From the IMG/VR virus record IMGVR_UViG_3300019378_000003: a DNA stretch of 64,000 bases. One strand, written 5' to 3'. Source of the stretch: a virus (taxonomy: Duplodnaviria > Heunggongvirae > Uroviricota > Caudoviricetes). Below the pieces are notes generated by a model that saw only the letters and a list, made by a program, of their open reading frames with translations, had not been told where the DNA came from and ran no database searches. A program made the translations under genes and the position numbers. Shown in pieces: positions 41,607 through 52,693 of the stretch; position 1 is the stretch's first letter, and every line of letters starts with the position of its first letter.

Positions 41607-43990
41607 TAATTTATCCTCACAGCTTTCAATACATTATTTCCTTTAATTACAATTACACCTTGACTTGCTCGACTGCCAGTAGAGATTTCATTGGCAGCGA
41701 TACAAATAGACGAAGTTTTATTAGTAACTAAAACAGTATCATTTTCGGCGATTAATAGACCATCAACAACTTTACCGCTCTTGCTCACTTTAAGTCCTTT
41801 TCCGCCACGTCCCTGAATAGTAAATTCCTTTAACGGCACTCGTTTAGCAGTACCATCTTCAAAGAAAATACCAACCATACTTTCTTTTGTAAGAATTGGA
41901 ATAGCGGTTACAACTTCGTCTCCTTCAGCAAGGTTAATTGCCTTTACTCCCATAGACGTTCTTGAAGTTGCTCCAACAACAGAACCATCAAAGTGTAAGC
42001 TCATACATTTAGAAGTAAGTACAACTACTTCACAATTAGGGGCAATGAATACTTTTGCCAAACTGTCGCCTTCTCGTAGATTCAAAGCCACAACGCCAGT
42101 CTTGCGTTTCATTCCAGCATATTCAGCCAGCCCAGTCTTTTTAATGAGACCGTTTTTAGTGAAGAACCACACATATTGATTAGTGGCTGTACTATGTTCA
42201 ACCGAAGCCAAAGTGACGAATTTTTCATTTTGTTCCATGGAAACAAGGGTTTCGATGGACGTTCCACGGGTTGCGTTGGTGCCTACAGGCACATCATTAA
42301 CAGGTAGCCGGTACACTTTTCCATAATTTGAGAACACCATTAGCGCATCAATGGTATTGGTTTTAATAACACTGTGCGTAATTTCGTCCTGATTTTTTAC
42401 ACCCTTTCCATTTCGTTTCTGCGTACGATAAGAACTTGTCGGAATACGTTTAATATTACCTGCTTCTGTAATTACAACTACACAAGGTTCAGGCATAATT
42501 TCGGCAATTTCTTTATCTTCATCTTTTACTTCCAACTGAGTAATTGTAGTTCTACGACCATCTTTTGCATATGATTTTTGGAAAGCTCTAAACTCTTCTA
42601 CCATTGCAGTAGTTCGTTTATCACTATCTTTAATCAAAGATGCGAGATATAAAGCCCTTGCTTCTTTTTCTGTTTTTTCTTCATTCAAAGCAATTTTTTC
42701 TACTCGGGCCAATTTACTCAATTTCATATCAAGAATTGCTTGAGCTTGTTCGGGACTAAATTTTAATTTACTTACAAGAGTTATTTTAGCATCCGCCGCA
42801 CTATCAGCACTTCTAATAAGATGAATAATATTGTCAATATCTTCGGAAGCACGAATCAAGCCCTCTAAAATATGAATACGAGTCTGAAGTTTATCATATT
42901 CATATTTACTCTTGCGAAGAAATATATCTTCTTGATGCTCGACATAGTAATGAACCATGTCTTTAAAAGTAACAAGTTTTGGAGTTTTATTTACAAGAGC
43001 AACCTGATTGATACTGTAAGTAGTTTCAAGTTCGGTCAATCTATATAATTTATTCGCAATGACATCAGCATTAATTCCTTTTGCTAATTCAATTACGAAA
43101 CGAACTCCATCTTTATTACTTTCATCTCGAATTTCAGTAATTCCTTCGAGTTTCTTCTCTTCACAAAGATTATCAATTTCTTCAATTAGATTTTCTTTTG
43201 AAACCTTATAAGGAATAGTTGTGAATACAAGCACGTCGCCTTTTCCTTTTTTGGTTTCAACTTTATATTCTCCACGAATGCGAGCTCGACCTTTACCAGT
43301 TCGATAAGCATCCTTTAGTTCCTTTTTATTAATTACAAGTCCACCAGTAGGAAAATCAGGACCTTCAATATGACTTAAAAGATCATCATCTGAAATGTTT
43401 GGATCAAGAGCATATGCACAAATTGCGTTCATAACCTCATTAAGATTATGAGGAGCAAAAGAACATGCCATTGCTACCGCGATACCAGTAGTTCCATTAC
43501 AAATCAGATTCGGGAATCTTCCAGGAAGATACAAGGGTTCTTTGCCGGTTTCACTGTAGTTTGGCAGCCAGTCGACTGTATTTTCTTTGATGTGTTCCAA
43601 CGTAGACTCTGCGATGGGAGATAGGCGGCATTCCGTGTATCTGTATGCCGCAGGACCGTCACCATCACGGGAACCATTGTTTCCGTGGAAATCGATAAGG
43701 GGATATCGCATTGTCCAAGGTTGTGAGGCGTGAACGAGTGCTCCATAGATTGAGGAGTCTCCATGGGGGTGATATTTGGCCATGGTGTTGCCAACTGGCG
43801 TGGCACACTTAACATACTGTTTTCCACTTGTAATACCATCTTCCTGCATTTCCCATAAAATGCGTCGCATTACGGGTTTTAAGCCATCCTCTACTGCGGG
43901 GATGGCTCTATCAGTAATTACTGAAAGAGAATAATCAAGGAATGATTGTTCTACTTCTTCAATAATTGGAGTAGTTACAATAGTATCCAT
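41606..43990 (-). CDS. Type IIA topoisomerase A subunit (GyrA/ParC-like; T4 gp52-like)
   Basis: Contains 'EDGLKPVMRRILW', 'YHPHGD' and 'AAYRYTEC'. 794 aa with no TAG. Confidence 0.8.
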   Translation of the reverse strand: MDTIVTTPIIEEVEQSFLDYSLSVITDRAIPAVEDGLKPVMRRILWEMQEDGITSGKQYVKCATPVGNTMAKYHPHGDSSIYGALVHASQPWTMRYPLIDFHGNNGSRDGDGPAAYRYTECRLSPIAESTLEHIKENTVDWLPNYSETGKEPLYLPGRFPNLICNGTTGIAVAMACSFAPHNLNEVMNAICAYALDPNISDDDLLSHIEGPDFPTGGLVINKKELKDAYRTGKGRARIRGEYKVETKKGKGDVLVFTTIPYKVSKENLIEEIDNLCEEKKLEGITEIRDESNKDGVRFVIELAKGINADVIANKLYRLTELETTYSINQVALVNKTPKLVTFKDMVHYYVEHQEDIFLRKSKYEYDKLQTRIHILEGLIRASEDIDNIIHLIRSADSAADAKITLVSKLKFSPEQAQAILDMKLSKLARVEKIALNEEKTEKEARALYLASLIKDSDKRTTAMVEEFRAFQKSYAKDGRRTTITQLEVKDEDKEIAEIMPEPCVVVITEAGNIKRIPTSSYRTQKRNGKGVKNQDEITHSVIKTNTIDALMVFSNYGKVYRLPVNDVPVGTNATRGTSIETLVSMEQNEKFVTLASVEHSTATNQYVWFFTKNGLIKKTGLAEYAGMKRKTGVVALNLREGDSLAKVFIAPNCEVVVLTSKCMSLHFDGSVVGATSRTSMGVKAINLAEGDEVVTAIPILTKESMVGIFFEDGTAKRVPLKEFTIQGRGGKGLKVSKSGKVVDGLLIAENDTVLVTNKTSSICIAANEISTGSRASQGVIVIKGNNVLKAVRIN

Positions 43991-43992
43991 AT

Positions 43993-44571
43993 TTAATTCC
44001 TTTCAAATAGTTCAATTATCTTATTTATAGAATCATTATAGTTATTATTGAGTTGAAATTCAATTAAAATCTCACTTAACTTTATTTTAATTGTATCATA
44101 ATTTTTTTCACTTGTCAAGTCGGCAGGTGTATCATTACCAATCATACCAGTCGCCAATTTATCCGCTTTTTCGTTAAAAGGGTTGCCAGCATGACCTTTA
44201 ACTTTAATAAAGTTAAAATTAGGATTATTAAAAAATGGAATCAATTGTACCCACAATTCTTTATTAGCGACAGGTTCTTTTTTACTATTTACCCATCCAT
44301 TATTTATCCAATTTTTATACCACTGGTCTTGATAACAATTAACAAGATAGGCACTATCAGAATAGATATTATAGGTTGCGAGAGGTTCGTTGTCAAAAAT
44401 GGCACGGCATGCTTGAATTGCGGCCATCAATTCACAGGCTTGATTAGTAGTCCCAGTGGGCATTTTTCCACTGGAACTATATAATTCAACATTATTTTCA
44501 GATGCGACAACAAAGCCCCATCCACTTCTACTCTTGGTACAGGAGCCATCTGTATATACATTATACGTCAT
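43993..44571 (-). CDS. rnhA: Ribonuclease H (RNase HI)
   Basis: The start is probably the internal Met ('MTYNVYTDGSC'). Also contains 'GWG', 'IYSDSAYLVNC' and 'KGHAGNPFNEKADKLA'. Confidence 0.7.
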   Translation of the reverse strand: MTYNVYTDGSCTKSRSGWGFVVASENNVELYSSSGKMPTGTTNQACELMAAIQACRAIFDNEPLATYNIYSDSAYLVNCYQDQWYKNWINNGWVNSKKEPVANKELWVQLIPFFNNPNFNFIKVKGHAGNPFNEKADKLATGMIGNDTPADLTSEKNYDTIKIKLSEILIEFQLNNNYNDSINKIIELFERN

Positions 44572-45166
44572 CTTCAGCTTTCCTCCCCGCATTATATGCG
44601 GTAGTTGCGGCATTCCACAAATTTTGAAGAGATTCAAAACCAATAATAATTGAAGAGCATTCATCTCGCTCCTGCTCCCAAAGATTCTCAAGGACATAAC
44701 TTACAAACCATTTAGTTTGAGGATGCATAGCGCAACATTTACGTTTATTATACCACCATTTTAATTCTTCCGCATAAGAAAATTTATCTCCCATATAAGC
44801 ACGGCCGGCTGCCAAATAATCACAAATTAATTCAATAGCATAGCGCTGTGGCATACGCAAAGGTTCTCCACCTTTATCGAAATTATCCTGCCAATATTCA
44901 TAATGATGTGGATTGCGACCTTTATGATGAAGCCACGCCATCGAATAACCTTTATCTTCTTTACATGCGTCAATAGGGGAACGATTTCCCTGATAATATT
45001 TTACAGATTCACGAAATTCAGTGGAACTATATTTAGACAAGTCATGAAGCCAAGCTTGCCGTTTCGACAAGCCCATCATTTTGCCATAATATCGCACCCA
45101 TTTTCTATGAGTACGAATTTTATTAAAGTGATTCTTAGCATTCGTTAGATTCATATTTTCCTCCAA
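44561..45166 (-). CDS. Hypothetical protein
   Basis: A 201-aa track ORF, His-rich ('HHKGRNPHHYEYW'). Function not recognised. Confidence 0.35.
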   Translation of the reverse strand: MEENMNLTNAKNHFNKIRTHRKWVRYYGKMMGLSKRQAWLHDLSKYSSTEFRESVKYYQGNRSPIDACKEDKGYSMAWLHHKGRNPHHYEYWQDNFDKGGEPLRMPQRYAIELICDYLAAGRAYMGDKFSYAEELKWWYNKRKCCAMHPQTKWFVSYVLENLWEQERDECSSIIIGFESLQNLWNAATTAYNAGRKAEDDV

Positions 45167-45320
45167 TTATGGTAACTAAATAAGTACTATTACAAGTTTT
45201 GCACTTAAGTTCAAATATATTATTATCCAATTTTGATGACAATAGCAAATCGCCATCGCAATCAGGACAACCAAAAGGAATTACCGTTGCTCCTGTATTT
45301 ACCATAATTACAGTCTCCAA
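45135..45320 (-). CDS. Small zinc-ribbon protein
   Basis: Contains 'CPDCDGD...CKTCNS'. Confidence 0.3.
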   Translation of the reverse strand: METVIMVNTGATVIPFGCPDCDGDLLLSSKLDNNIFELKCKTCNSTYLVTIIGGKYESNEC

Positions 45321-45394
45321 ATTCCTCTATACTTTTTCAACTGCTTGAGAGAAAGATAAATTTCCCTCAAGCATTTGATTCAATGGTTCAAAAA

Positions 45395-47293
45395 TCATAT
45401 ATCAAGATTTGCTCTCAAAGCATTCTCTTCGATAAACTTCTTACGAGGAGCTACTGCTTCACCCATAAGTGAAGTAAATACCATCGCTGCCTTTTGAGCA
45501 TCCTCCATAGTAATTTGTTTCAATACACGATCACTGGTTGCGGACATAGTAGATTCAGCGAGTTCATCTACAGACTGCTCACCAAGACCTTTAAATCGAC
45601 GAACTTCATAATTGCCAGTTGCGGTTTTACGGAACTCTTCAAGTGCCGCATCATCTTTTAAGTAGAAAGATTTCTTGCCCTGAATGATACGATACAACGG
45701 AGGCACCGCGGCATACACATATCCTTTTTCAATCAATTCAGGACAGAACTTCCAAATGAAAGTGAAGAACAGAATACGAATATGGCTACCATCGACGTCA
45801 GCATCGGCCATGATAATAATTTTACCATAACGAAGTTTATCTTCATTCATAATAACCTTATTATCTTTAATTTCCAATCCAAAAGCAGTAATCATACTCT
45901 GGATTTCCGCATTCGACATCGCTTTATGAAGGTCGCATTTAAGTGTGTTGAGAATTTTACCTCGCACAGGAAGGATAGCTTGATTGGTTCTGCTTCTTGC
46001 CTCTTTTGCCGTGCCTGCTGCAGAGTCTCCCTCAACAATAAATATTTCACATTCTTCCCTATTCTTAGAACTGCAATCCGCGAGTTTTCCTGGAAGGACA
46101 GTACGGGAAGTCCTGGCAGTATTACGGACAGCTTCTTTTGCTTTTCTCGCATTTTCTCTTGCCTTTCTTGCTAACAGTGCCTTATTGATGATAGCTTTCG
46201 CATCTTTTTCATGACTATTAAGCCAAGCATCCAGAGCACTTACGCACAATCTCTGAACAACCACACGACCTTCTGAAGAACTCAAAGTATCTTTAGTCTG
46301 GCCAGAGAATACAGGATCAGGCATAGTCAGAGAAAGAACAAGGACAAGTCCTTCTTTTAAATCATCGCCGGTTAAGTTAGCATCTTTTTCTTTCAAAATG
46401 CCTTTTGCTCTCGCATATACATTAATAGATTGAGTGAGAGCAGTTCTAAAGCCAGTCAAATGAGTGCCACCAGAGTTAGGAATACTATTAGTATATAACT
46501 TATATGTGTCATTATATACATTGATGTATTCAAATGCTACTCGGACACCAATTCTATCTTCAGAAGTCTCTGCATAAAACTGTGAGGTCAATTTGTCCTT
46601 ATCTTTTGAAAGGTAATTCAAGTAATCGACGAGTCCATTTTTGCTCGTGATTTGCTCTGTATTGCCATTGATAGTAAGAACAAAATTGAGACCAGGAGAC
46701 AAGAATGCGAGTTCTTGAAGTTGCTTCCGCAAAGTATTCTCATCGAGATTAATTCCCTCTTTAAAAATTTCCTTATCGGGAATAAACTCAACGATAGTTC
46801 CACTCGGAACATTAATACCTTTTACAATGCCTTCTTCATAAGTTTTCAATTGACCTTTCTCAAAGAAAGCATTTGCCATCTTACCATCACGAACAGACAT
46901 TACATGAAAATAAGATGAAAGAGCATTAGTTGCTTTTGCACCAACACCATTCATACCACCCGAAGTATTATAGCCAGTTTTACCATCGCTATCAAACTTC
47001 GCACCAGTATGAAGTTTAGTATATACATTAACTAAAGTTTCTGAGCCATCTTCAGCCTTTCCAAAAGGAACACCTCGACCATTATCAAAAACTTTAATCA
47101 TATCACCTTCAATAGTAACTCCTACTTCAGTACAAGCACCATTGAGATATTCATCAACCGCATTGGAGATAATTTCAAGAGTGATATGACGGACGCCTTC
47201 CGGTCCAATACTGCCGATATACATTCCGGGTCGAAGTCGAATTGCTTCAATACCTTCTAGCGTTTGTATATCTTTTACGCCATAATCAGTCAT
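45395..47293 (-). CDS. Type IIA topoisomerase B subunit (GyrB-like ATPase plus TOPRIM; T4 gp39-like)
   Basis: Contains 'LEGIEAIRLRPGMYIG', 'DNGRGVP' and 'GGMNGVG'. 632 aa with no TAG. Confidence 0.8.
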   Translation of the reverse strand: MTDYGVKDIQTLEGIEAIRLRPGMYIGSIGPEGVRHITLEIISNAVDEYLNGACTEVGVTIEGDMIKVFDNGRGVPFGKAEDGSETLVNVYTKLHTGAKFDSDGKTGYNTSGGMNGVGAKATNALSSYFHVMSVRDGKMANAFFEKGQLKTYEEGIVKGINVPSGTIVEFIPDKEIFKEGINLDENTLRKQLQELAFLSPGLNFVLTINGNTEQITSKNGLVDYLNYLSKDKDKLTSQFYAETSEDRIGVRVAFEYINVYNDTYKLYTNSIPNSGGTHLTGFRTALTQSINVYARAKGILKEKDANLTGDDLKEGLVLVLSLTMPDPVFSGQTKDTLSSSEGRVVVQRLCVSALDAWLNSHEKDAKAIINKALLARKARENARKAKEAVRNTARTSRTVLPGKLADCSSKNREECEIFIVEGDSAAGTAKEARSRTNQAILPVRGKILNTLKCDLHKAMSNAEIQSMITAFGLEIKDNKVIMNEDKLRYGKIIIMADADVDGSHIRILFFTFIWKFCPELIEKGYVYAAVPPLYRIIQGKKSFYLKDDAALEEFRKTATGNYEVRRFKGLGEQSVDELAESTMSATSDRVLKQITMEDAQKAAMVFTSLMGEAVAPRKKFIEENALRANLDI

Positions 47294-47309
47294 AAGTCCA
47301 AATTCTCCT

Positions 47310-47360
47310 TTTTACTTTTACATATATATTATATCATAATTTTTATAAAAAATCAATCAA
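47310..47360 (-). promoter_or_regulatory. Promoter TTGATT-N17-TATAAT-ATATATGTAAAAG
   Basis: Family member, upstream of the gyrB-like gene. Confidence 0.5.
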
Positions 47361-48240
47361 AAGAATGTTCATACGCGACATATAGAGCAGTCTATCGTAT
47401 CATATCTTTGTACTCTGGTTTAATTAAATAATACACTAACATTTCAACCAGCAAATGCGGATAAATTGTTCTGCCTGAAATTTTAAAATTTTCAATACCG
47501 TATGTATTATATAATTGATCTATATATTCATTAGTAATAGCATGCGGCTAAGTTTGAATTGCTTCATAAAAATTCATTGGTCTTTCTTTACGATATGGAC
47601 AATCAAATTGTTGAGGTCTATTAGAAAGCATTAATTGATGTGCACTAATATCTGCATAATGCAGCACTCTCATTGGACAGTCGGGAATACAATTTTCTCC
47701 ACATAAAATTTCGATATTTTTAGGATGCTGCAACTATGATAACATATTATCATCATGATTATATTTATAATCTAATACTAATAAATCTCGTTCTGATAAT
47801 TGATTGATGATATCTATATTTTGATCTCTACGAGTTGTACTCCAGATAATATCATATTTTGGATATTTTTCTCTTATATATTGCGCAAATTCTTCAGAGA
47901 AAACAATGATAGCATCTTGTTCTCTTTCACAATATGCTATATATTGATTACAAGTCCAATCATAAAAATGCCCACGCTATAAAAGCATATTAGTGCATGT
48001 ATGTCGTAATTTTATATCATATTGACGTAAAAAATCAATAACTCGATAAATTTCAGGGCCTTGAACTTTAGCACTAAAAAAAGCTCTGCCGCCATTCCAA
48101 ATCATATTACTAGGCATTCCATAAATTGAATCTAATTTACGATTTTCGATAAAATATTCTGGATGTTTTGTCTATAAATCAGCAAAATAAGCTGCCAGTA
48201 ATTCGTTTTCTATATAATTGGGCATTGAAAATTTAATCAT
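47353..48240 (-). CDS. Hypothetical protein (about 295 aa, 5 TAG)
   Basis: A single frame from ATG at about 48240 to TGA at about 47353 when TAG is sense. It contains 'CGENCIPDCPMR'. Its 3' end overlaps the -35 of the gyrB-like promoter. Confidence 0.35.
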
Positions 48241-48267
48241 AATGTCACCTCACGAAAGATAGGGTGC

Positions 48268-48672
48268 TTAGCCAAGCCAAGCACCCAGTTCTGATACATT
48301 TATAAGTTCATCTTGTCCATATACTCGATTTAGAAATGATAATTCGGCAAGATTAGAATAAACAATTTTAATATTATCAGGATATAACGTATCTAACTTA
48401 GCCAAAATTTTCAATTCTTCTCTTGATTCATCTAGTCCCCACGGAGGCGGACTTTCAAAATCTTGCCAGTGCTGAGAAATACATTTAACAGTCCAATCAT
48501 TACTAGTATCTACATTAAATGTTTCGGGGAGTTTTATTAAAGTATTTTCAACAATTAAAGGCTTTTCAATAGAAGTAAATATAATACTTCCATATTTTTT
48601 CACAGCGTAATAAAATGCTCGGGCAGTAAAAGCAAACTTAGGTTTCTCCATTTTTCTTCTTTCGCTCCTCAC
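48268..48672 (-). CDS. Hypothetical protein
   Basis: Track ORF. Confidence 0.3.
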   Translation of the reverse strand: MRSERRKMEKPKFAFTARAFYYAVKKYGSIIFTSIEKPLIVENTLIKLPETFNVDTSNDWTVKCISQHWQDFESPPPWGLDESREELKILAKLDTLYPDNIKIVYSNLAELSFLNRVYGQDELINVSELGAWLG

Positions 48673-49078
48673 GGACAGAATTATAAAATTTGTCTTTCAG
48701 AGCGATAGTGGCCCTAAGATTTGCCTTAGCAGTACGAATAATATCTCTCATATGAGAAATCTCTCGTTCCTTACTTTTGATTTGACGACGCAGTAAATAG
48801 CACTCATAAGATTTCTTGTTAATTTTAGTGCTATGATTATATAGGCTCTGCATATGATAGAGCATTTTTAATTCAGTTCTTAATTCATCTCTTTTGACAG
48901 ACATTTCATGAATCATAGAACGAACATAAGCATAGTGCTGTCCTACGAGTTTCGATTCAAAATCCCAATCAGAAGGATGACATTTCGCAATTCCAGTATA
49001 AGTTTTATTCTTTACTACTCTTGTACATACTGTAATGTGATTTTCATCATCATATGTAAATGTTGCGTTGTAGGGCAT
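48638..49078 (-). CDS. Hypothetical protein
   Basis: A 146-aa track ORF, basic and helical at the C-terminus. Confidence 0.3.
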   Translation of the reverse strand: MPYNATFTYDDENHITVCTRVVKNKTYTGIAKCHPSDWDFESKLVGQHYAYVRSMIHEMSVKRDELRTELKMLYHMQSLYNHSTKINKKSYECYLLRRQIKSKEREISHMRDIIRTAKANLRATIALKDKFYNSVREERKKKNGET

Positions 49079-49209
49079 ATAGCTTCTCCTTTTACTTTGC
49101 TACAATAAGTATATCAAAAAAAATATGAAAAGTCAAGTATAGGCAATTTGCTCTAAAATTTTCTATACGCGAAAATTTTCCCAGCAACGGCCGCTGACGC
49201 TAGCCACGT

Positions 49210-49551
49210 TTACTCTAATGGTTTAGGATAAACCCCTTTGCCATTACAACCATCACATTTTTCACTATGTCCGCGGTCATCATGCATATCAGTATATTCT
49301 GTTACAGTACCTTTTCCATTACACTTCGGACAAATAATATGAGTACTACACAAAAATTCTTTCAACCCACGAGCAGTAGCAATATATTCTGCAGAACGAG
49401 CAGCATATTCTTCTTCAATCTTTTTGACAGCATCTGTAATTGCTGTATCTTTTTCTCTATCATTACGATATGCTTTATTTTCATAAAGCTGAATAAGAGC
49501 AAGAATTTTCTTACCGCCAAGTTCTTCCACAGTAATATCAGGTAAATTCAT
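49210..49551 (-). CDS. Zinc-ribbon protein
   Basis: Contains 'CPKCNGKG...CDGCNGKG'. Confidence 0.35.
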   Translation of the reverse strand: MNLPDITVEELGGKKILALIQLYENKAYRNDREKDTAITDAVKKIEEEYAARSAEYIATARGLKEFLCSTHIICPKCNGKGTVTEYTDMHDDRGHSEKCDGCNGKGVYPKPLE

Positions 49552-49564
49552 AATTTCCTCCTAA

Positions 49565-49600
49565 AAAATAAAAGGGCGAGAGTTTTATCTCTCGCCCTTA
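49565..49600. terminator. Bidirectional-looking terminator hairpin (GGGCGAGAG...CTCTCGCCC) with flanking A/T runs
   Basis: Terminates the flotillin-like gene on the minus strand. Confidence 0.5.
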
Positions 49601-49603
49601 ATT

Positions 49604-51070
49604 TTATTCATCCTTTGCGGCAATCTTGCCACCGACGAAACCGGCGAGCAGGGTTGCGGGGTCAATGCCCGTAGCGTCCTTAACGCCAGCCATAATCTGG
49701 CTCATAGTAGTGGTAATGTCACTTACCATCTTTGCCTGATTGCCTTCGCCATACATGGTGATAGAATCAACATTGGACAGCGGAGAAGCAACAGCCTGAG
49801 CAATCAGAGGCATGGCCTGGAAGTACATTTCCAGCACAGAGGCTTCGCCCATCTTCTTCTGAGCTTCGGCCTTCTTGTCAATACCTTCAGCTTCGGCGAG
49901 GCCCTTAGCCTTGATACCTTCTGCCTCAGCGGCATACTTAGCAGCGATACCTTCGGCTTCCTTCTGAGCCTGAATGAGTTCAGCTTCAGCCATCATCTTA
50001 CGGGCTTCAGCTTCAAGAGCAGCAGTCTGCTTTACGGCTTCGGCCTTCTGAACTGCTTCATAGGCAGCGGCTTCAGCGGCTTTCTGACGACGAACGAGTT
50101 CTGCTTCAGCAGCCTTTTGGGTCTTATACAGCTGAGCATCAGCTTCCTTGCGGACGGTTGCGTCCAGTTCACGCTCACGCAGGTCAATCTTCTGCTTCTG
50201 AAGTTCAACTTCGCGCTCCATCTGAGCAATCTTTGCGTTAGTAGCGGTAACGTCCAGTTCTTTCTGCTGGTCGGCCTTCTGAATATCGTAGGCCATGTCA
50301 GCAGCAGCCTTTTTAACTTCAGACTGGCTCTTCAGTTCAGCAGCACGGATTTCCAGAGCATTATTCTGCTCGGCAATCTGAGTAGCCGCCTGAACCTTTG
50401 CCTCATTGGCAATACGCTCATTTTCGGCTTCCTTGACCGCGACGTCTTTCTTTGCATCGCTTTTGGCAATTGCGGCAGCCTTCTTAATGGATTCGATGTT
50501 ATCAATACCAAGGTCATTGATAACGCCATTTTCATCACGGAAATTCTGAACATTGAAGTTTACAATTTCCAGACCAAGTTCAGCCATATCAGGTGCTGCA
50601 TTTTCCAGAACCTTCTGAGCAAACTTCTGACGATCCTGTACCATATCAGTCAACTTCATCTGACCAATAATTTCACGCATATTACCTTCAAGAACTTCAC
50701 GAGCCTTATCACTAATCATCTTAGCAGGCTGATTCAGGAAGTTCTTCGCAGCAACACTCATTAACTCAGAATTAGTACCAATGCGGACATTAACATTGGC
50801 ATCGGTCCAAACATTGATATAATCTGCAGTTGGTACTGCGCTCTGAGTTTTCACATCAACGCCGATAGCGCCAAGATACAGCTTATCCAGTCGTTCAATG
50901 AACGGGATGCGCAAACCGGCTTTACCAACAATGATTCGCAGGTCCTTGCGAGGACCAGAAATCAAATAAGCTTGGTTCGGGGGCGCCTTAATATAGCTTA
51001 TACAGATGATAACTACGAGGGCGGCAAGTGCGAGAACAATACCAACGATAGAAGCAATAGTTCCGAACAT
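49604..51070 (-). CDS. Flotillin / SPFH (band-7) domain protein, GC-rich (about 50%)
   Basis: An N-terminal TM helix is followed by 'YIKAPPNQAYLISGPRKDLRIIVGKAGLRIPFIERLDKL...', then a long Ala/Glu/Lys-rich coiled-coil, typical of flotillin/YqiK. Confidence 0.7.
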   Translation of the reverse strand: MFGTIASIVGIVLALAALVVIICISYIKAPPNQAYLISGPRKDLRIIVGKAGLRIPFIERLDKLYLGAIGVDVKTQSAVPTADYINVWTDANVNVRIGTNSELMSVAAKNFLNQPAKMISDKAREVLEGNMREIIGQMKLTDMVQDRQKFAQKVLENAAPDMAELGLEIVNFNVQNFRDENGVINDLGIDNIESIKKAAAIAKSDAKKDVAVKEAENERIANEAKVQAATQIAEQNNALEIRAAELKSQSEVKKAAADMAYDIQKADQQKELDVTATNAKIAQMEREVELQKQKIDLRERELDATVRKEADAQLYKTQKAAEAELVRRQKAAEAAAYEAVQKAEAVKQTAALEAEARKMMAEAELIQAQKEAEGIAAKYAAEAEGIKAKGLAEAEGIDKKAEAQKKMGEASVLEMYFQAMPLIAQAVASPLSNVDSITMYGEGNQAKMVSDITTTMSQIMAGVKDATGIDPATLLAGFVGGKIAAKDE

Positions 51071-51117
51071 AAAATTCTCCTTTTTTCAGTTGTCAAGGTT
51101 CATTAAAGATATTTATC

Positions 51118-51390
51118 TCACAGAGCCATAATCTTATCGAGAATGGACATCTTGGGAGAGGTTGTGCGAGCAGTCGGGAAATAGGTATCAATAAACCAAT
51201 TTCGAATCTCGAAAAAGTTAGAACCGTTTCCACGAGCTTCGGTAATTTCCTTTGCCTTTGCCTGGAAGGCAAGAATCTCTTCTCTGGGACGAGCTTTCAT
51301 AAACTCAATAATAGTATCCATATTGAGTTTGGCAATATCGCTGCCATTTTTAATTTCCATAGCCATAATAAATTTTGTCCTTTCTGTCAA
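51118..51390 (-). CDS. Hypothetical protein
   Basis: Track ORF, 90 aa. Confidence 0.3.
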   Translation of the reverse strand: MTERTKFIMAMEIKNGSDIAKLNMDTIIEFMKARPREEILAFQAKAKEITEARGNGSNFFEIRNWFIDTYFPTARTTSPKMSILDKIMAL

Positions 51391-51980
51391 TTTACATCAT
51401 CCTTATGTGCATCATGATACTCTTTTACCGCTGGCTGAGCCATCTGTTCGGCAGGCCAGCACTGTTCCCACACTTCCTGAATGGAAATAGGAGCAAGGTC
51501 GTTAGTGTCGACACCAACATGGAAGGTGCCATTTACATAACCCTTTGGGGCATTGCCATGAACATGGCCGTAAAGATTTACAACTTCACTATTGTCCTGA
51601 ATCACCATTTTGATAAATTCTTCAGAAGCAATAGGGAAATGACACAGAATAAAGTATCGACCCTTGTACGGCAGATAAAAGATGTCATGCACTTCAATGC
51701 CGAGTTCTTCATACATCTTGATTCTCTTGGGCGAATCGTGATTGCCTCGAATCAAAATAATCTTGCCTTTCAGTCGTTCGATACAGGCTCGGGAAGCTTC
51801 TACAGTTCCCATTGCGAGATCGCCGAGAACATATACAGTATCTTCATCGGTAACTCGCTCGTTCCAGTTTTTAATAAGAACTTCATTCATTTCTTCCAGC
51901 GTCTCAAACGGTCGATTGACCGGTTCATATTTCAGAATATTGACGTGGTTGAAATGAAGGTCAGAGGTTAGATAAATCAA
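51387..51980 (-). CDS. Calcineurin-like metallophosphoesterase
   Basis: Contains 'YLTSDLHFNH', 'VLGDLAMG', 'IRGNHD' and 'GHVHG'. Confidence 0.6.
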   Translation of the reverse strand: MIYLTSDLHFNHVNILKYEPVNRPFETLEEMNEVLIKNWNERVTDEDTVYVLGDLAMGTVEASRACIERLKGKIILIRGNHDSPKRIKMYEELGIEVHDIFYLPYKGRYFILCHFPIASEEFIKMVIQDNSEVVNLYGHVHGNAPKGYVNGTFHVGVDTNDLAPISIQEVWEQCWPAEQMAQPAVKEYHDAHKDDVN

Positions 51981-52198
51981 AAGTCATCCTCCTCATCATC
52001 TTCGTCGTCATACTCAATGCAATTCTTGCCTTTCGCATAACGAACTACGCCGATGACAGCCTTAATGGCACCACAGAAAACCTTCCAGCCATAACCGCAA
52101 ACGGCAATAATCCATGCGATGCGCAGAAGCTTCAGAGCGTCAGTGCTTGTGGCGATATACTTTACGCCATCAAGAATTTCCATACAAATCTGTTCCAT
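51977..52198 (-). CDS. Small membrane protein with acidic C-terminus
   Basis: Track ORF, 73 aa. Confidence 0.25.
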   Translation of the reverse strand: MEQICMEILDGVKYIATSTDALKLLRIAWIIAVCGYGWKVFCGAIKAVIGVVRYAKGKNCIEYDDEDDEEDDF

Positions 52199-52693
52199 TT
52201 ATTCCTCCACAAACCAAATACCTTTGATAATGGGTTTTCCATACTCATTTTTATGCGGAACCTGCATTCGATTCCACATATTGGCAAGTGCTTCATCCGG
52301 TACACGAGCGCGCCCCTCACGAAGTATATTGCGCTCTTTACAAGTTGCCAAAAGCATATTCATCCAAATGAAATATACTTCAATATCTTCTCCACACTTG
52401 AAAGTAAGAGCATTCAGCAACTTGCGCCGAGAGCCTCGATTGATATGAGTAGCATCAATTACTACATCATGCTGAAGGCTCCATTCAGCAATTTCATTGA
52501 TAAACTGAATAAATACTTCATCTTCATGAGAGAAGTAATCTTCCTCTTCGCGAACCAGCTTAAAACGCACTTCGTCGCGAGACACGATAGGAAGCTTATC
52601 TGCGAAATGCTTACGAGCCCAGGTGGATTTTCCGGAGCTGGGCAAGCCGCACATTACATAAAACTTACGCTTCTCCATAATATCCTCCTTCAA
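52199..52693 (-). CDS. Polynucleotide 5'-kinase-like P-loop kinase (T4 Pnk kinase-domain-like)
   Basis: 'YVMCGLPSSGKSTWARKHF...VSRDEVR' closely parallels T4 PNK 'ILTIGCPGSGKSTWAREF...NRDDYR'. At 164 aa it is a kinase domain only. Confidence 0.55.
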   Translation of the reverse strand: MKEDIMEKRKFYVMCGLPSSGKSTWARKHFADKLPIVSRDEVRFKLVREEEDYFSHEDEVFIQFINEIAEWSLQHDVVIDATHINRGSRRKLLNALTFKCGEDIEVYFIWMNMLLATCKERNILREGRARVPDEALANMWNRMQVPHKNEYGKPIIKGIWFVEE